This document shows, in pieces, positions 8,309 through 17,032 of a DNA stretch of 24,933 nt. This DNA is from a virus (Duplodnaviria; Caudoviricetes). Position numbers and translations under genes: made by a program. The notes beneath the pieces were generated by a model. The model saw only the letters and a program-made list of their open reading frames with translations, had not been told where the DNA came from and did not search any database. The number at the start of each line of letters is the position of its first letter. Position 1 is the first letter of the stretch. The stretch covers positions 1 through 24,933 of the IMG/VR virus record IMGVR_UViG_3300021373_000405, one strand, 5' to 3'.

Positions 8309-11300
8309 ATGGCTACGATTACAACACGATCAGGAAAGGGTTCGCCCCTAACTAATACTGAGGTTGATGACAACTTCACGAATTTGAATACTGCTAAGTA
8401 TGAGAGTGGTAACAACGTTACTCTCGGTACTGTTACTAGCGGCGCAACAACGATTACCGGCACAACAACGATAACGGCTGATACTGGTGATGGCCTTGTT
8501 ATCAATCATGGTGATTTTCATTCAGGTTTGTTAATAAAAAGAACCCACGCCACTAACTCTCCGTCGATACAGTGGCAAAATAATACCGGTCGCCTCGGTA
8601 TGCTATACGCGCAAAACGCTGACAAAAACATCTATTGGCGTCCGGGAACTACTACAAGTAACTTCAAAATCTGGCACGCAGGAAATGATGGCTCAGGCTC
8701 AGGTTTAGACGCAGATACCTTAGACGGAATTAACTCCGGGAGCTTTTTTAACGTTGGCGGGAAGATGAAGCGGTGGCGCCCAGCGGACCAAGGCAACCTT
8801 ACCACCTACCCCGTTTATTACAAAGTCGCTACAGTAAATAAGGGCAATGGCGGCTTGCACATGCGAGGCAGCCTCAACAACCATGTAGAGGCTTTCGGCA
8901 CGTCCTTTTTTGACCTGAATTTTTTTGGCAGAGAGGGCAACGCTGGTACTGACTTATGTATTGAAGGGACTGTTGGTGTGTCTACGGCAGGGACAGGGGT
9001 CCTTGTTGTTAAGTCAAGTAACGAAGGCAGTTACCACACCTACGACGTATATATTGCTTTAGCTAGGTACAGCATGGTGTCTGTGGACCTTACGCAAGAG
9101 GGTAATACAGAAATCTTTACCCCTGATACAGGCACTACAACGAAGCCCACTGGGTACGGGACTGAGTTTGACACGACAGCAACCGCCGCTGGGTATTATG
9201 TTATCCAGAACAGTGTGGGAACCCCTATTTGGCATTCAGGGAACGACGGTAGCGGTAGCGGTTTACACGCGGATTTGTTGGACGGGCTCCATGCTAGTAG
9301 TTTCTTGCGTTCGAACGAAGACGACATAGCAACACACCAACTAACCCTTCGAAAAGATGACGGCCCTCTGTACATCCAGTCGGCAACAAACGCCCCTTCC
9401 AACGGGGCCATGATAAAGTTCTCAGATAACTTTAATGGTTTTGCAGACGGTGATGAGCAGTATGGTTGGATTAAATATAAGCACGCGGATGGCCAAGTTG
9501 GGTATGAGCCTTCAACGTCTAATGACGGGTTTATCATAGGCGGCAGTGAGAACAATACTCTTGTTAACATTCACGGACAGCTAAACGTAACTGATAGCGC
9601 GAACATAGACGGTAACTTATTCGTTGATGGACACCTATATAACGAAGGACTTTTAACTGTCAGTGGGAAACGCGTTCTATACTTACCTTCCAATTCCTCT
9701 GAACGCGGACCTTGGAACCCTATTGTCACAGCGATAAGAGGTAGCGGTACACGAATACACCAAGACGAAGATTTTGCTACCGGTGTAAATAATGTCTCTG
9801 TTTACAATAACGAGGGAGGCACTGCCGTCACGCACCACTATGAAGACGACAGTACTACGTTAGGAAAAGCCGCGCCGAATAGTTCCGGCAAAGTTATTAG
9901 AATCCAATACACCGTAGGGGCTACTAGTCCTAATTTCGGAGGGTTCCACCAAACTTTTAGTAGTGCCGCTAACCAAACAATTGTTCAGATATTTCAAGCC
10001 CTCGTCCCAGAAGGTAGGAAGTTAACGCTGCATGAAAACGCGCAAGGGACGAATAAGACTACTTACTGGCTAACTGATGACGCAGGCACGGGGAAATGGG
10101 AATGGTACGCGCGCGTGTCACATTGCGGACCGACAGGGTCTTTCAGCACCAGTGGGCACGTAGCGTGTAAAGACGGCGATGATGAAGATTTTGCTTGGTA
10201 TCTTGCCAGTTGTGCGAGCTACCGTGTTACCCATGCTCCCAATAGGTTCGCATCGTGGACAGACGGCAATGACGGTTCCGGCTCTGGGCTAGACGCGGAC
10301 ACTGTCGACGGAGTTCAAGCAGCTAGTTTTATTAGAAGTGATGCAGATGACACTATTTCTGGAAACCTTGAAACTACTGGCCAAATCACACTCAAAGCAT
10401 CCTCTCCGCAAATCAAGTTTGAAGATACTGGCGATGGTGACGATCAAGCCGACGACTTCTGGCTTCACGCCAACTCTAATAGATTTTATATTCTCGCTGA
10501 TCGGGCGGATGACAACGGCTGGGAAACACCGTACCCACTTGAACTTAATTCCGCCACAAACGAGTCTCTCACGTTTGGTAATACGATTTGGACAAACGCG
10601 AATGATGGCTCAGGCTCAGGTTTAGACGCCGACACTTTAGACGGTATAGGGTCAGGCAGTTTCCTACGCTCTGACGCTAATGACACAAAAACAGGTAGCT
10701 TTGACCAAACTAGCGGGTCGTTTATCAGCAGTGGTTTTACTACGACTAATCTTAATTCTGCGTGGCAAGTAGCGGGCACAACTAAGAATGTCGGGATAGC
10801 ACCATTTCGCTACCAAGATGATGCTACTAATAAACCTGAAGGCGGTAATAATGCTCACTGGGGCTTAAACATATATGCTCATGCCGGCAGCGGGGGAGCC
10901 TACCCTTACGGGCACCAAATCTCAGCCGCTTCATCAGGCACCATTTGGAATAGGTGGGTTAGTAGTGGCTCTTTCAGCGGTTGGAAAAAGATTTGGGATA
11001 GCGGCAATGACGGTTCCGGCTCTGGGCTAGACGCGGACACGATAGACGGTGTTCAAGCATCCGGGTTCTTACAACCGGACGCGAACGGCAAGGTAGTACT
11101 AACCGAAGCTAATGGTACCGCCAACGAACGACAATGCCTCCTTGTGTTAAAAGGTGAAACGTCCAATAGACCGTACATTCAGTTTTCCGAAAACACGAAC
11201 GAAGGCATCACATCGGGCATGTCACTGGAGTACAACGGGTACCCCACCGGGGTTTCGAACTACATGGCTATCAATGGTGTTACCGGAGACCTCAGACATA

Positions 11301-11617
11301 AATTTACGTCTGGCGGCAATTACACTGCGACAGGAAACGTGACTGCGTACTCCGATGCGCGTCTTAAAGACAACATCGAAACACTCGACGGCTCAAAAGT
11401 TTATGAAATGCGCGGCGTTTCGTTCACAAAAGACGGAAAAGCAAACTCGGGTGTTATTGCGCAAGAACTTCAGAAAGTTGCGCCGGAACTAGTTCACGAC
11501 GACGGGGAATACCTCAGCGTAGCTTACGGAAATACGATTGGTTATCTGATTGAAGCTATTAAGGACTTAAAGGCTGAGATCGACGAATTGAAAGGAGCAA
11601 AAAATGACGCTTCCTAG
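8309..11617 (+). CDS. Modular tail fibre with C-terminal intramolecular chaperone (Peptidase S74)
   Basis: N-terminal TRSGKGSPLTNTEVDDNF anchor; five W..xNDGSGSGL.AD.lDG linkers; knob-like segment ending WNRWVSSGSFSGWKKIW; C-terminal YSDARLK..GVIAQEL..VAPELV..VAY..IGYLIEAIKDL (Ser codon at 11351). Confidence 0.9.
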   Translation: MATITTRSGKGSPLTNTEVDDNFTNLNTAKYESGNNVTLGTVTSGATTITGTTTITADTGDGLVINHGDFHSGLLIKRTHATNSPSIQWQNNTGRLGMLYAQNADKNIYWRPGTTTSNFKIWHAGNDGSGSGLDADTLDGINSGSFFNVGGKMKRWRPADQGNLTTYPVYYKVATVNKGNGGLHMRGSLNNHVEAFGTSFFDLNFFGREGNAGTDLCIEGTVGVSTAGTGVLVVKSSNEGSYHTYDVYIALARYSMVSVDLTQEGNTEIFTPDTGTTTKPTGYGTEFDTTATAAGYYVIQNSVGTPIWHSGNDGSGSGLHADLLDGLHASSFLRSNEDDIATHQLTLRKDDGPLYIQSATNAPSNGAMIKFSDNFNGFADGDEQYGWIKYKHADGQVGYEPSTSNDGFIIGGSENNTLVNIHGQLNVTDSANIDGNLFVDGHLYNEGLLTVSGKRVLYLPSNSSERGPWNPIVTAIRGSGTRIHQDEDFATGVNNVSVYNNEGGTAVTHHYEDDSTTLGKAAPNSSGKVIRIQYTVGATSPNFGGFHQTFSSAANQTIVQIFQALVPEGRKLTLHENAQGTNKTTYWLTDDAGTGKWEWYARVSHCGPTGSFSTSGHVACKDGDDEDFAWYLASCASYRVTHAPNRFASWTDGNDGSGSGLDADTVDGVQAASFIRSDADDTISGNLETTGQITLKASSPQIKFEDTGDGDDQADDFWLHANSNRFYILADRADDNGWETPYPLELNSATNESLTFGNTIWTNANDGSGSGLDADTLDGIGSGSFLRSDANDTKTGSFDQTSGSFISSGFTTTNLNSAWQVAGTTKNVGIAPFRYQDDATNKPEGGNNAHWGLNIYAHAGSGGAYPYGHQISAASSGTIWNRWVSSGSFSGWKKIWDSGNDGSGSGLDADTIDGVQASGFLQPDANGKVVLTEANGTANERQCLLVLKGETSNRPYIQFSENTNEGITSGMSLEYNGYPTGVSNYMAINGVTGDLRHKFTSGGNYTATGNVTAYSDARLKDNIETLDGSKVYEMRGVSFTKDGKANSGVIAQELQKVAPELVHDDGEYLSVAYGNTIGYLIEAIKDLKAEIDELKGAKNDAS
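8684..8712 (+). repeat. 29-bp exact direct repeat A (second copy 10601-10629)
   Basis: AATGATGGCTCAGGCTCAGGTTTAGACGC is identical at 8684-8712 and 10601-10629. Confidence 0.9.
10264..10302 (+). repeat. 39-bp exact direct repeat B (second copy 11002-11040)
   Basis: CGGCAATGACGGTTCCGGCTCTGGGCTAGACGCGGACAC is identical at 10264-10302 and 11002-11040. Confidence 0.9.
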
Positions 11618-12344
11618 TAGCGGTGCGCTGTCTATGTCGATGATAGAGGCTGAAATGGGCGGTAGCCCGCCTACCAGTCTTATTGAATACTATGGCAAGT
11701 CTGCTGGGCTTCCAGACTCCGGGACGATAAGTATCGAGGACTTTTACGGCGAAACATATAATCCCGAGTCAGACGCAATCCGAATTGATGCAGGGCTTCA
11801 GTCAATTTACACACAACAAAACGCCAGTAATCTTATTCGCTATGGGTACGCCCGCACTGGTAAAACGACTTTCATTCACCCGGAGTCCGGGTCAAATACA
11901 TCTGGTTTTGGCGCGATTGATAGCTACACCAACGTCGCTGGAGGTAATGATCTGTACGGTATTCAGGTCTGCAACTACGCCGTCGACGGAATGTACTACG
12001 TGTGGGATGAAGATACCCTTAGTATGCGTCGCACAGGTATTGGAGACTCGAAGCATATAACCATTACGACTGAGAACTTATCGCATACAAATACGAGCGA
12101 CTGGAAGTACGTTTTCTTTAAATTTGTCCATAGCACTAATTGGTTCCGACTAAACCGCTCGGATTACTCGTACTACCGAAATCACTATGAAAGCACAGGC
12201 GAAAAGTTCATTACGTGGACGCCAACTAATCGTGATGGAAACAATACTCAAAACTTCAGTACTATTTTTAATGCGATAAAAACAGCCGGTGCGGCCAATG
12301 CGTCCAACGACCACTTTTTCGTTTACTTTTCGAATACTGCTTAG
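11604..12344 (+). CDS. Fibre-associated protein (possible distal adhesin)
   Basis: SD AAGGAG, 14-nt overlap with the fibre gene. N-terminus MTLPSSGALSMS.I..E.GG..P.SL.EYY..PDSGTISI.DFYG is often seen after S74 fibres; the remainder is rich in aromatic residues and Asn. Confidence 0.65.
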   Translation: MTLPSSGALSMSMIEAEMGGSPPTSLIEYYGKSAGLPDSGTISIEDFYGETYNPESDAIRIDAGLQSIYTQQNASNLIRYGYARTGKTTFIHPESGSNTSGFGAIDSYTNVAGGNDLYGIQVCNYAVDGMYYVWDEDTLSMRRTGIGDSKHITITTENLSHTNTSDWKYVFFKFVHSTNWFRLNRSDYSYYRNHYESTGEKFITWTPTNRDGNNTQNFSTIFNAIKTAGAANASNDHFFVYFSNTA

Positions 12345-12355
12345 GACCTGACGAC

Positions 12356-12889
12356 ATGATTGATTATGAAATAATCCACGTAGACAAAGTGCAAATGAAT
12401 ATGCAGGTCAAGTACACACTTGATGATAACCCTCCCTACTTCACTCGCGTGGCTTTTGAGTCTCCTATCAAAGAAGAAAACCTTCACCGTTTAGCTAAAG
12501 AGATAGCATACCGTGCGCAGAAGCACTGGGAAAAAGTTAAAGCGGAAGAGGACTTCACATTAAGTGTAGCTACTGGCCAAGCGAAGCCTTTTGTCCATAC
12601 GGAAAAGCCTGATTTTAACGCCGACGAGTATGCTTGCCTTGAGCGTCTTGAAGAAACTGAAACCGAATTACGTCTTGTGTATGATTTGGTAGAGCTCGAC
12701 GAAAACACAAAAGTTTCTGCGATACGTCAAAAGAGAGACTCTCTGTTAGCAGCAACAGATTTTTACATGTTCCCTGACCGCCCCGTGTCAGATGAGATGG
12801 TTGCCTACAGGCAGGCGTTAAGGGATTTGCCACAGCAAGCAGATTTTCCAGACAATATCTCGTGGCCTATGCGGCCAGTAGTAGACTAG
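12356..12889 (+). CDS. Tail fibre assembly chaperone (Phage_tail_APC-like C-terminus)
   Basis: C-terminal IRQKRDSLLAATDFY..PD....YRQALRDLPQQADFP.NISWP signature. Confidence 0.82.
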   Translation: MIDYEIIHVDKVQMNMQVKYTLDDNPPYFTRVAFESPIKEENLHRLAKEIAYRAQKHWEKVKAEEDFTLSVATGQAKPFVHTEKPDFNADEYACLERLEETETELRLVYDLVELDENTKVSAIRQKRDSLLAATDFYMFPDRPVSDEMVAYRQALRDLPQQADFPDNISWPMRPVVD

Positions 12890-12897
12890 GACTTAGT

Positions 12898-14004
12898 ATG
12901 GGTAAGGTTAAGTTTTACGCCCTTGTGTGCCGTAATATGAAAGCGGTTACTCGGCACGTCAAGACGATTGCCAAAGAAGACCTCGTGATTGTAATTAACT
13001 CTCTCGACGAGGGTTTCGTTTCGGATGCCAGTACGTATTGCGCCAACTCTGGTATAGAGTATTACATTACCGAGTCCGATGGTGGCCCCTCTAAAGGGAA
13101 AAACTCAGTTCTCGATCTATTTGAGGCGTCTGACAACGACTACATGGTCTTGGTGGACGGAGATGATTTCATCACACCTCACGGCTACTGGACATACAAG
13201 GAGTTAGCCAAAAGTGAGATTGCCCCCGACGTCTTAGCTTTAGAGTATCAGTACGGCATTTACAAAGAACGAGGGTATCACTGGTCGGTAGGCGAATTAG
13301 ACAACGACGCAGCCCGTTCCCCCACAATCGGGGTTCAAGACGTTGAAGACGCAGACAAGGTCCATGGGTACGGCGTAAGATGCTTCTTCCAAAAGTACCA
13401 CTGGTGGAAGGATGCAATCAGCGGAAAGTGCATACGAAAAATTGATGGAGATGAGTTCTCTTGCAACCTCGCAGACGTCCACCAAAGGTGGGCTAACCAC
13501 TGTTACAAATACATCAGCAACTGGGAAAGCCACCTGCGCCTCGTATGGTTTAGTAAAAAAGCTACAGAGACTAACCGCTTTAACTTAGACTTTACTGTCG
13601 GCGAAGACACTCTCATGTACTTGGACCTGAAGAAACAAGCATTGCGCGGTGACTTTGTAATGCGTCAGCTTTTTGAACAATACCCCACATACGTGTACGA
13701 TACACGGGTCGCTGGGATTGTTATCCAAGAAAGAAACGCTCTTGGGGACCCAGAAGATGAGGCGACGTTAATCCCTGATTATGGGTGGTACTTGTGGCTC
13801 AAAAAACTCGTTGAGGAGTACGACAAGTACGAAGAGCAAGAGATTATGGACGAAGCGCGGATTCCTTTGTTGAAAGTGAAGACCCATCTTCCAGAGTACG
13901 CGGGAGCAGCGGACGAAGATTTCCATATAGTTTGGCCTGAAGACTACAGACCAGACACTATGGGTTTAGTCGGATACCTCCCAACCAAAAAAGTATATTT
14001 ATAA
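12898..14004 (+). CDS. GT-A fold (GT2-like) glycosyltransferase
   Basis: ATG 12898 with SD AGGA preferred over GTG 12862. GPSKGKNSVL, DYMVLVDGDDF (DxD) and the later GEDT motif are characteristic of GT-A enzymes. Confidence 0.65.
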   Translation: MGKVKFYALVCRNMKAVTRHVKTIAKEDLVIVINSLDEGFVSDASTYCANSGIEYYITESDGGPSKGKNSVLDLFEASDNDYMVLVDGDDFITPHGYWTYKELAKSEIAPDVLALEYQYGIYKERGYHWSVGELDNDAARSPTIGVQDVEDADKVHGYGVRCFFQKYHWWKDAISGKCIRKIDGDEFSCNLADVHQRWANHCYKYISNWESHLRLVWFSKKATETNRFNLDFTVGEDTLMYLDLKKQALRGDFVMRQLFEQYPTYVYDTRVAGIVIQERNALGDPEDEATLIPDYGWYLWLKKLVEEYDKYEEQEIMDEARIPLLKVKTHLPEYAGAADEDFHIVWPEDYRPDTMGLVGYLPTKKVYL

Positions 14005-14024
14005 CAGTCTTTAGGAGAATAACC

Positions 14025-14264
14025 ATGACTGACCACAGTGTAACTTTTAAAACTAATAGCACCTCTAACGGTGTTGCTGAGGTTGCTTTCACCTGCGGCG
14101 ATACCGGAATTGTGCACACTCGAAGTGTAAACGTGCATGATTGTGCCGACGCTGATGCCGTTACTGTACGGTTAAGTGAAGTCGCGATGGGTGTTGCCCA
14201 TAAGATTAAAGTAGGAGCTATCACTGCTCCTGACGAATCTGAAGACGCAGGTTCACCGGAATAA
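14025..14264 (+). CDS. Hypothetical protein (79 aa)
   Basis: SD TAGGAG; fills the operon on the coding strand. Confidence 0.7.
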   Translation: MTDHSVTFKTNSTSNGVAEVAFTCGDTGIVHTRSVNVHDCADADAVTVRLSEVAMGVAHKIKVGAITAPDESEDAGSPE

Positions 14265-14288
14265 CCCACTCACAACAGGAGAACTAAG

Positions 14289-14513
14289 ATGGCTAAAGAC
14301 GAAAAGAAAACCATCACGGTCAACGATGTTGTTTACAACTTAGAAGACCTCACAGAAAGCCAAATCACCATGGTAAACCACATTCAAGATTTGGACCGCA
14401 AATTGTCTAGTGCCCGTTTTAACGTAGACCAACTGACTGTTGGCCGCGAAGCATTTGTTGACATGTTAGCAGCTGCACTCAAAGACACCGTTGGCCTACA
14501 AGCGGAGAACTAA
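14289..14513 (+). CDS. Small coiled-coil hypothetical protein
   Basis: SD AGGAG; ITVNDV.YNLEDL..Q..MVNHIQDLDRKL followed by a heptad helix. Confidence 0.75.
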   Translation: MAKDEKKTITVNDVVYNLEDLTESQITMVNHIQDLDRKLSSARFNVDQLTVGREAFVDMLAAALKDTVGLQAEN

Positions 14514-14516
14514 TTT

Positions 14517-14750
14517 ATGGAAATGGACCTACTTTGGAGCACTGGCTTGACAGCAATCTTAGGCGTAGTCGGTTTTATTTTGCGCAACCATGTTGCTGAA
14601 CTCCAACGTGTCACAATCCTTTTAAATCGTACTCGCGAAGAGATGGCTAAGGACTATGTTACTAAAGTGGAAGTGCACGAAGACATCAACCGTGTACTAG
14701 ACCGCCTCGACCGCTTGGACGAAAAACTAGATCGGATGGCGAAGAAATGA
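14517..14750 (+). CDS. Single-TM coiled-coil membrane protein
   Basis: Hydrophobic N-terminus (LLWSTGLTAILGVVGFIL), then YVTKVE..RLDRLDEKLD coiled coil; ATGA overlap with the next gene. Confidence 0.75.
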   Translation: MEMDLLWSTGLTAILGVVGFILRNHVAELQRVTILLNRTREEMAKDYVTKVEVHEDINRVLDRLDRLDEKLDRMAKK

Positions 14751-15313
14751 TGATGTCTATTAAACACCGCCTTTTGGTTTGTATTACAACGTTCCTTGCT
14801 GCCACGGCCGTTATGGCTCAGGAAGGGGTAATCGTTACCGAAAGTACTACAACCAGTACCGTTACTACTGATGGTGAGGTTACAACAAATGTGAACTCTC
14901 CACCGCCCTCAGCAATATCGCCCCAGTTTAACGGCGGCGTAAACTCAGACTTATGTACTGTGGGAGTGGCTGGAGCAGTCCAAACTCAAATACTTGGTAT
15001 CTCTATGGGTTCTACCGTCAGAGATATGAATTGTGAAAAACTAAAGAATGCGAAAACTCTATACGACATGGGCATGAAAGTAGCCGCAGTGTCTGTCATG
15101 TGTCAGGACAAACGTGTCTTCGACGCTATGATGGATGCTGGTACTCCTTGCCCGTACGACGGCCTGATTGGTTCGGACGCCAAGGCTGCATGGGAAGCCG
15201 ACCCTGATAGATTACCGGGGACGGATTTAAAGGAGGTGCTTGATGACGATGCGAAAACCCTATTGGGTGCTGGCAGTGTTCTCAGCGTTTTGGCCTTGTT
15301 ACTCTTTTTGTGA
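14747..15313 (+). CDS. Exported Cys-containing protein with signal peptide and C-terminal hydrophobic anchor
   Basis: KHRLLVCITTFLAATAVMA|QE signal; Thr-rich linker; four Cys in the mature part; ends LLGAGSVLSVLALLLFL. Confidence 0.78.
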   Translation: MMMSIKHRLLVCITTFLAATAVMAQEGVIVTESTTTSTVTTDGEVTTNVNSPPPSAISPQFNGGVNSDLCTVGVAGAVQTQILGISMGSTVRDMNCEKLKNAKTLYDMGMKVAAVSVMCQDKRVFDAMMDAGTPCPYDGLIGSDAKAAWEADPDRLPGTDLKEVLDDDAKTLLGAGSVLSVLALLLFL

Positions 15314-16130
15314 CCAGTACATATATGGCACAACGGGTAATGCCGCCGTGGATGGTTTCACGTGGGGTATGAATGCTGTAGTCCCTGATGATGCAGGGCT
15401 GTCTATAAACGGCGTTTTATACCGCTACACCACAATTAAAGACGCTGACGACCCTATGTTGGTGCATGTTCAAAATAAAGAAGCCAAAGGTAACGGTTAC
15501 ATATTCCGAGAAACGGACGACTGGACTGGCTTACCCGGAAACAGCATTACTAAATTAGTCTCCTTAAATAATATACCTATCAGTCGTTGGGGCGTTGGCT
15601 CCATCGAAGTTGAAGGTGAGGGTAGAGTTACAGACCCCACCGTAGTTTATTCTTACCAAATAGATACCTGTTTTAACCCTCAGTCTGACCCTTCTTGCCC
15701 CGGTTACATTGACCCCGCCACGTTCCTAGCTTCACAAGAACCAATAGAAGCGTACGATCCTATGCAGGATCAAGCCGTGGCAGATACGCTAGAGGCTACT
15801 AACCCAGAGCTGTACGAAGAAGAGGAAGAAGATGAATCAATCGAGTCTGAAAAGGCTGAGGCAGTCAAGGATACCTTCGAGCGCGGGTTGGCCGCTAGTC
15901 AGAATGCACTGACGTTAGCTAACAATTTCTCGCAAGATCGTATGATACGTGCTATCAATATATCTGTTAACATGTATCCATATTATGCCACATCTATCGA
16001 CGGAGGTGCATATAAAGAGACTACGGCACTAGTTGACTCGCAGCTACCGAAAAATCCCCGTGGACTTCGGAATGGATTGGCCCAGCAACTGCTACACGAA
16101 CAGATGATCGAAGAGCAGTACAACAATTAA
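15243..16130 (+). CDS. Exported acidic protein with beta-rich N-domain and CFNPQSDPSCPGY motif
   Basis: Strong SD AGGAGGT 15231-15237 before ATG 15243 (alternative start 15249); signal-like RKPYWVLAVFSAFWPCYSFC; poly-Glu stretch. Confidence 0.75.
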   Translation: MTMRKPYWVLAVFSAFWPCYSFCDQYIYGTTGNAAVDGFTWGMNAVVPDDAGLSINGVLYRYTTIKDADDPMLVHVQNKEAKGNGYIFRETDDWTGLPGNSITKLVSLNNIPISRWGVGSIEVEGEGRVTDPTVVYSYQIDTCFNPQSDPSCPGYIDPATFLASQEPIEAYDPMQDQAVADTLEATNPELYEEEEEDESIESEKAEAVKDTFERGLAASQNALTLANNFSQDRMIRAINISVNMYPYYATSIDGGAYKETTALVDSQLPKNPRGLRNGLAQQLLHEQMIEEQYNN

Positions 16131-16148
16131 AGTTCAGGAGACTTTACA

Positions 16149-16646
16149 ATGAAAAGACCAAGCATCTACGCAGCAGCACTTTTACTATCGGTATCAGCCT
16201 CTGCGGAAGAAGCTATCATCGAAGGGAACGTTGAGTCTAAGTGTATTATTAACACGGATGTAAACGGTGTTTACGGGAACCCGACACCAAATAAACTTAG
16301 TACCTTAACAGCCGACGGTGGTGTAGCTTCTACTATCCGCTACGACGTGGCTCTTGCTGATTATTACTTAGCTAGAATTACGACACCAACTTCTTTCTCA
16401 ACAAGCCCGTCATTAAATGACGTTGTATATTGGGACGGTTCTACATCTGTAGGAGAAGTGTCAGATTCTACTATGGCTGCTTACGACACTGACAAAGTAA
16501 CCTACGAAGCCACGACTGAGTTTGACCTCACTGTTGCTGGCAGCACTTGGTTCAATGTCACATCTGTAGCTGAGTACGGTTATGACCGCGCATTCCCCGG
16601 CGGGACTTACCGCGCTATCGTACAAGCTGAGTGTATCGCAAAATGA
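16149..16646 (+). CDS. Exported pilin-like (fimbrial-subunit-like) protein
   Basis: SD AGGAG; signal MKRPSIYAAALLLSVSASA|EE; N-terminal I.GNV.SKC.I and C-terminal PGGTYRAIV alternating strand, as in chaperone-usher pilins. Confidence 0.6.
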   Translation: MKRPSIYAAALLLSVSASAEEAIIEGNVESKCIINTDVNGVYGNPTPNKLSTLTADGGVASTIRYDVALADYYLARITTPTSFSTSPSLNDVVYWDGSTSVGEVSDSTMAAYDTDKVTYEATTEFDLTVAGSTWFNVTSVAEYGYDRAFPGGTYRAIVQAECIAK

Positions 16647-17032
16647 GGAACGTGTTCTTCTTAGTAGGGGTGTTGTTAACTACGACCACTCTAGGTGCAC
16701 ATGAGATGACGCCAACCTACCCAACGTTTGCTCCGTCTTACGTAGGTGGGTTGGCAAGTACCGAACTTACAGTTTTCAACGCACGCAAGGACGTGGAATT
16801 TTACCAAGTTGGTGTGTTTGACCGCGATTGGAAACCTATACCGTTTGCTACGCCTGATAAACTTTTACACATTCCGTACACCGAGCGAACCACGTTTGAT
16901 GTGTTTGTTAGGGACGAGGATGTTCGTAAAGCGATATATGTCTGCACTCTGTCTAAGCTCAGATCAGATGTTCCTAGCAACGCGATCATATCTTCAAAGA
17001 TTTGCTCCCGAACAGATGGGAATGTAAGATGA
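16643..17032 (+). CDS. Exported PapD_N-like single-domain chaperone
   Basis: ATGA-coupled start at 16643; signal MRNVFFLVGVLLTTTTLGA|HE; LTVFN....FYQV.V.D....PF..P..L.....FDV resembles pilus chaperone domain 1; C-terminal Cys pair. Confidence 0.55.
   Translation: MRNVFFLVGVLLTTTTLGAHEMTPTYPTFAPSYVGGLASTELTVFNARKDVEFYQVGVFDRDWKPIPFATPDKLLHIPYTERTTFDVFVRDEDVRKAIYVCTLSKLRSDVPSNAIISSKICSRTDGNVR

Noticed and set aside
8441-8480. Short tandem-like ACAACGAT repeat
   Set aside because: It simply encodes TTITGTTTIT in the fibre shaft; only two degenerate copies.
8684-11040. Tail fibre DNA repeats as DGR template/variable repeats, invertible sites or a CRISPR array
   Set aside because: They are short, direct, in-frame and irregularly spaced by hundreds of bp, with no adenine-specific mismatch pattern; there is no reverse transcriptase, invertase or cas gene in the window.
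15243-15311. Lipoprotein (o-spanin-like) signal in the 15243 protein
   Set aside because: Neither Cys context (FWPC, YSFC) matches the L-(A/S)-(A/G)-C lipobox, and the protein is much larger than o-spanins.
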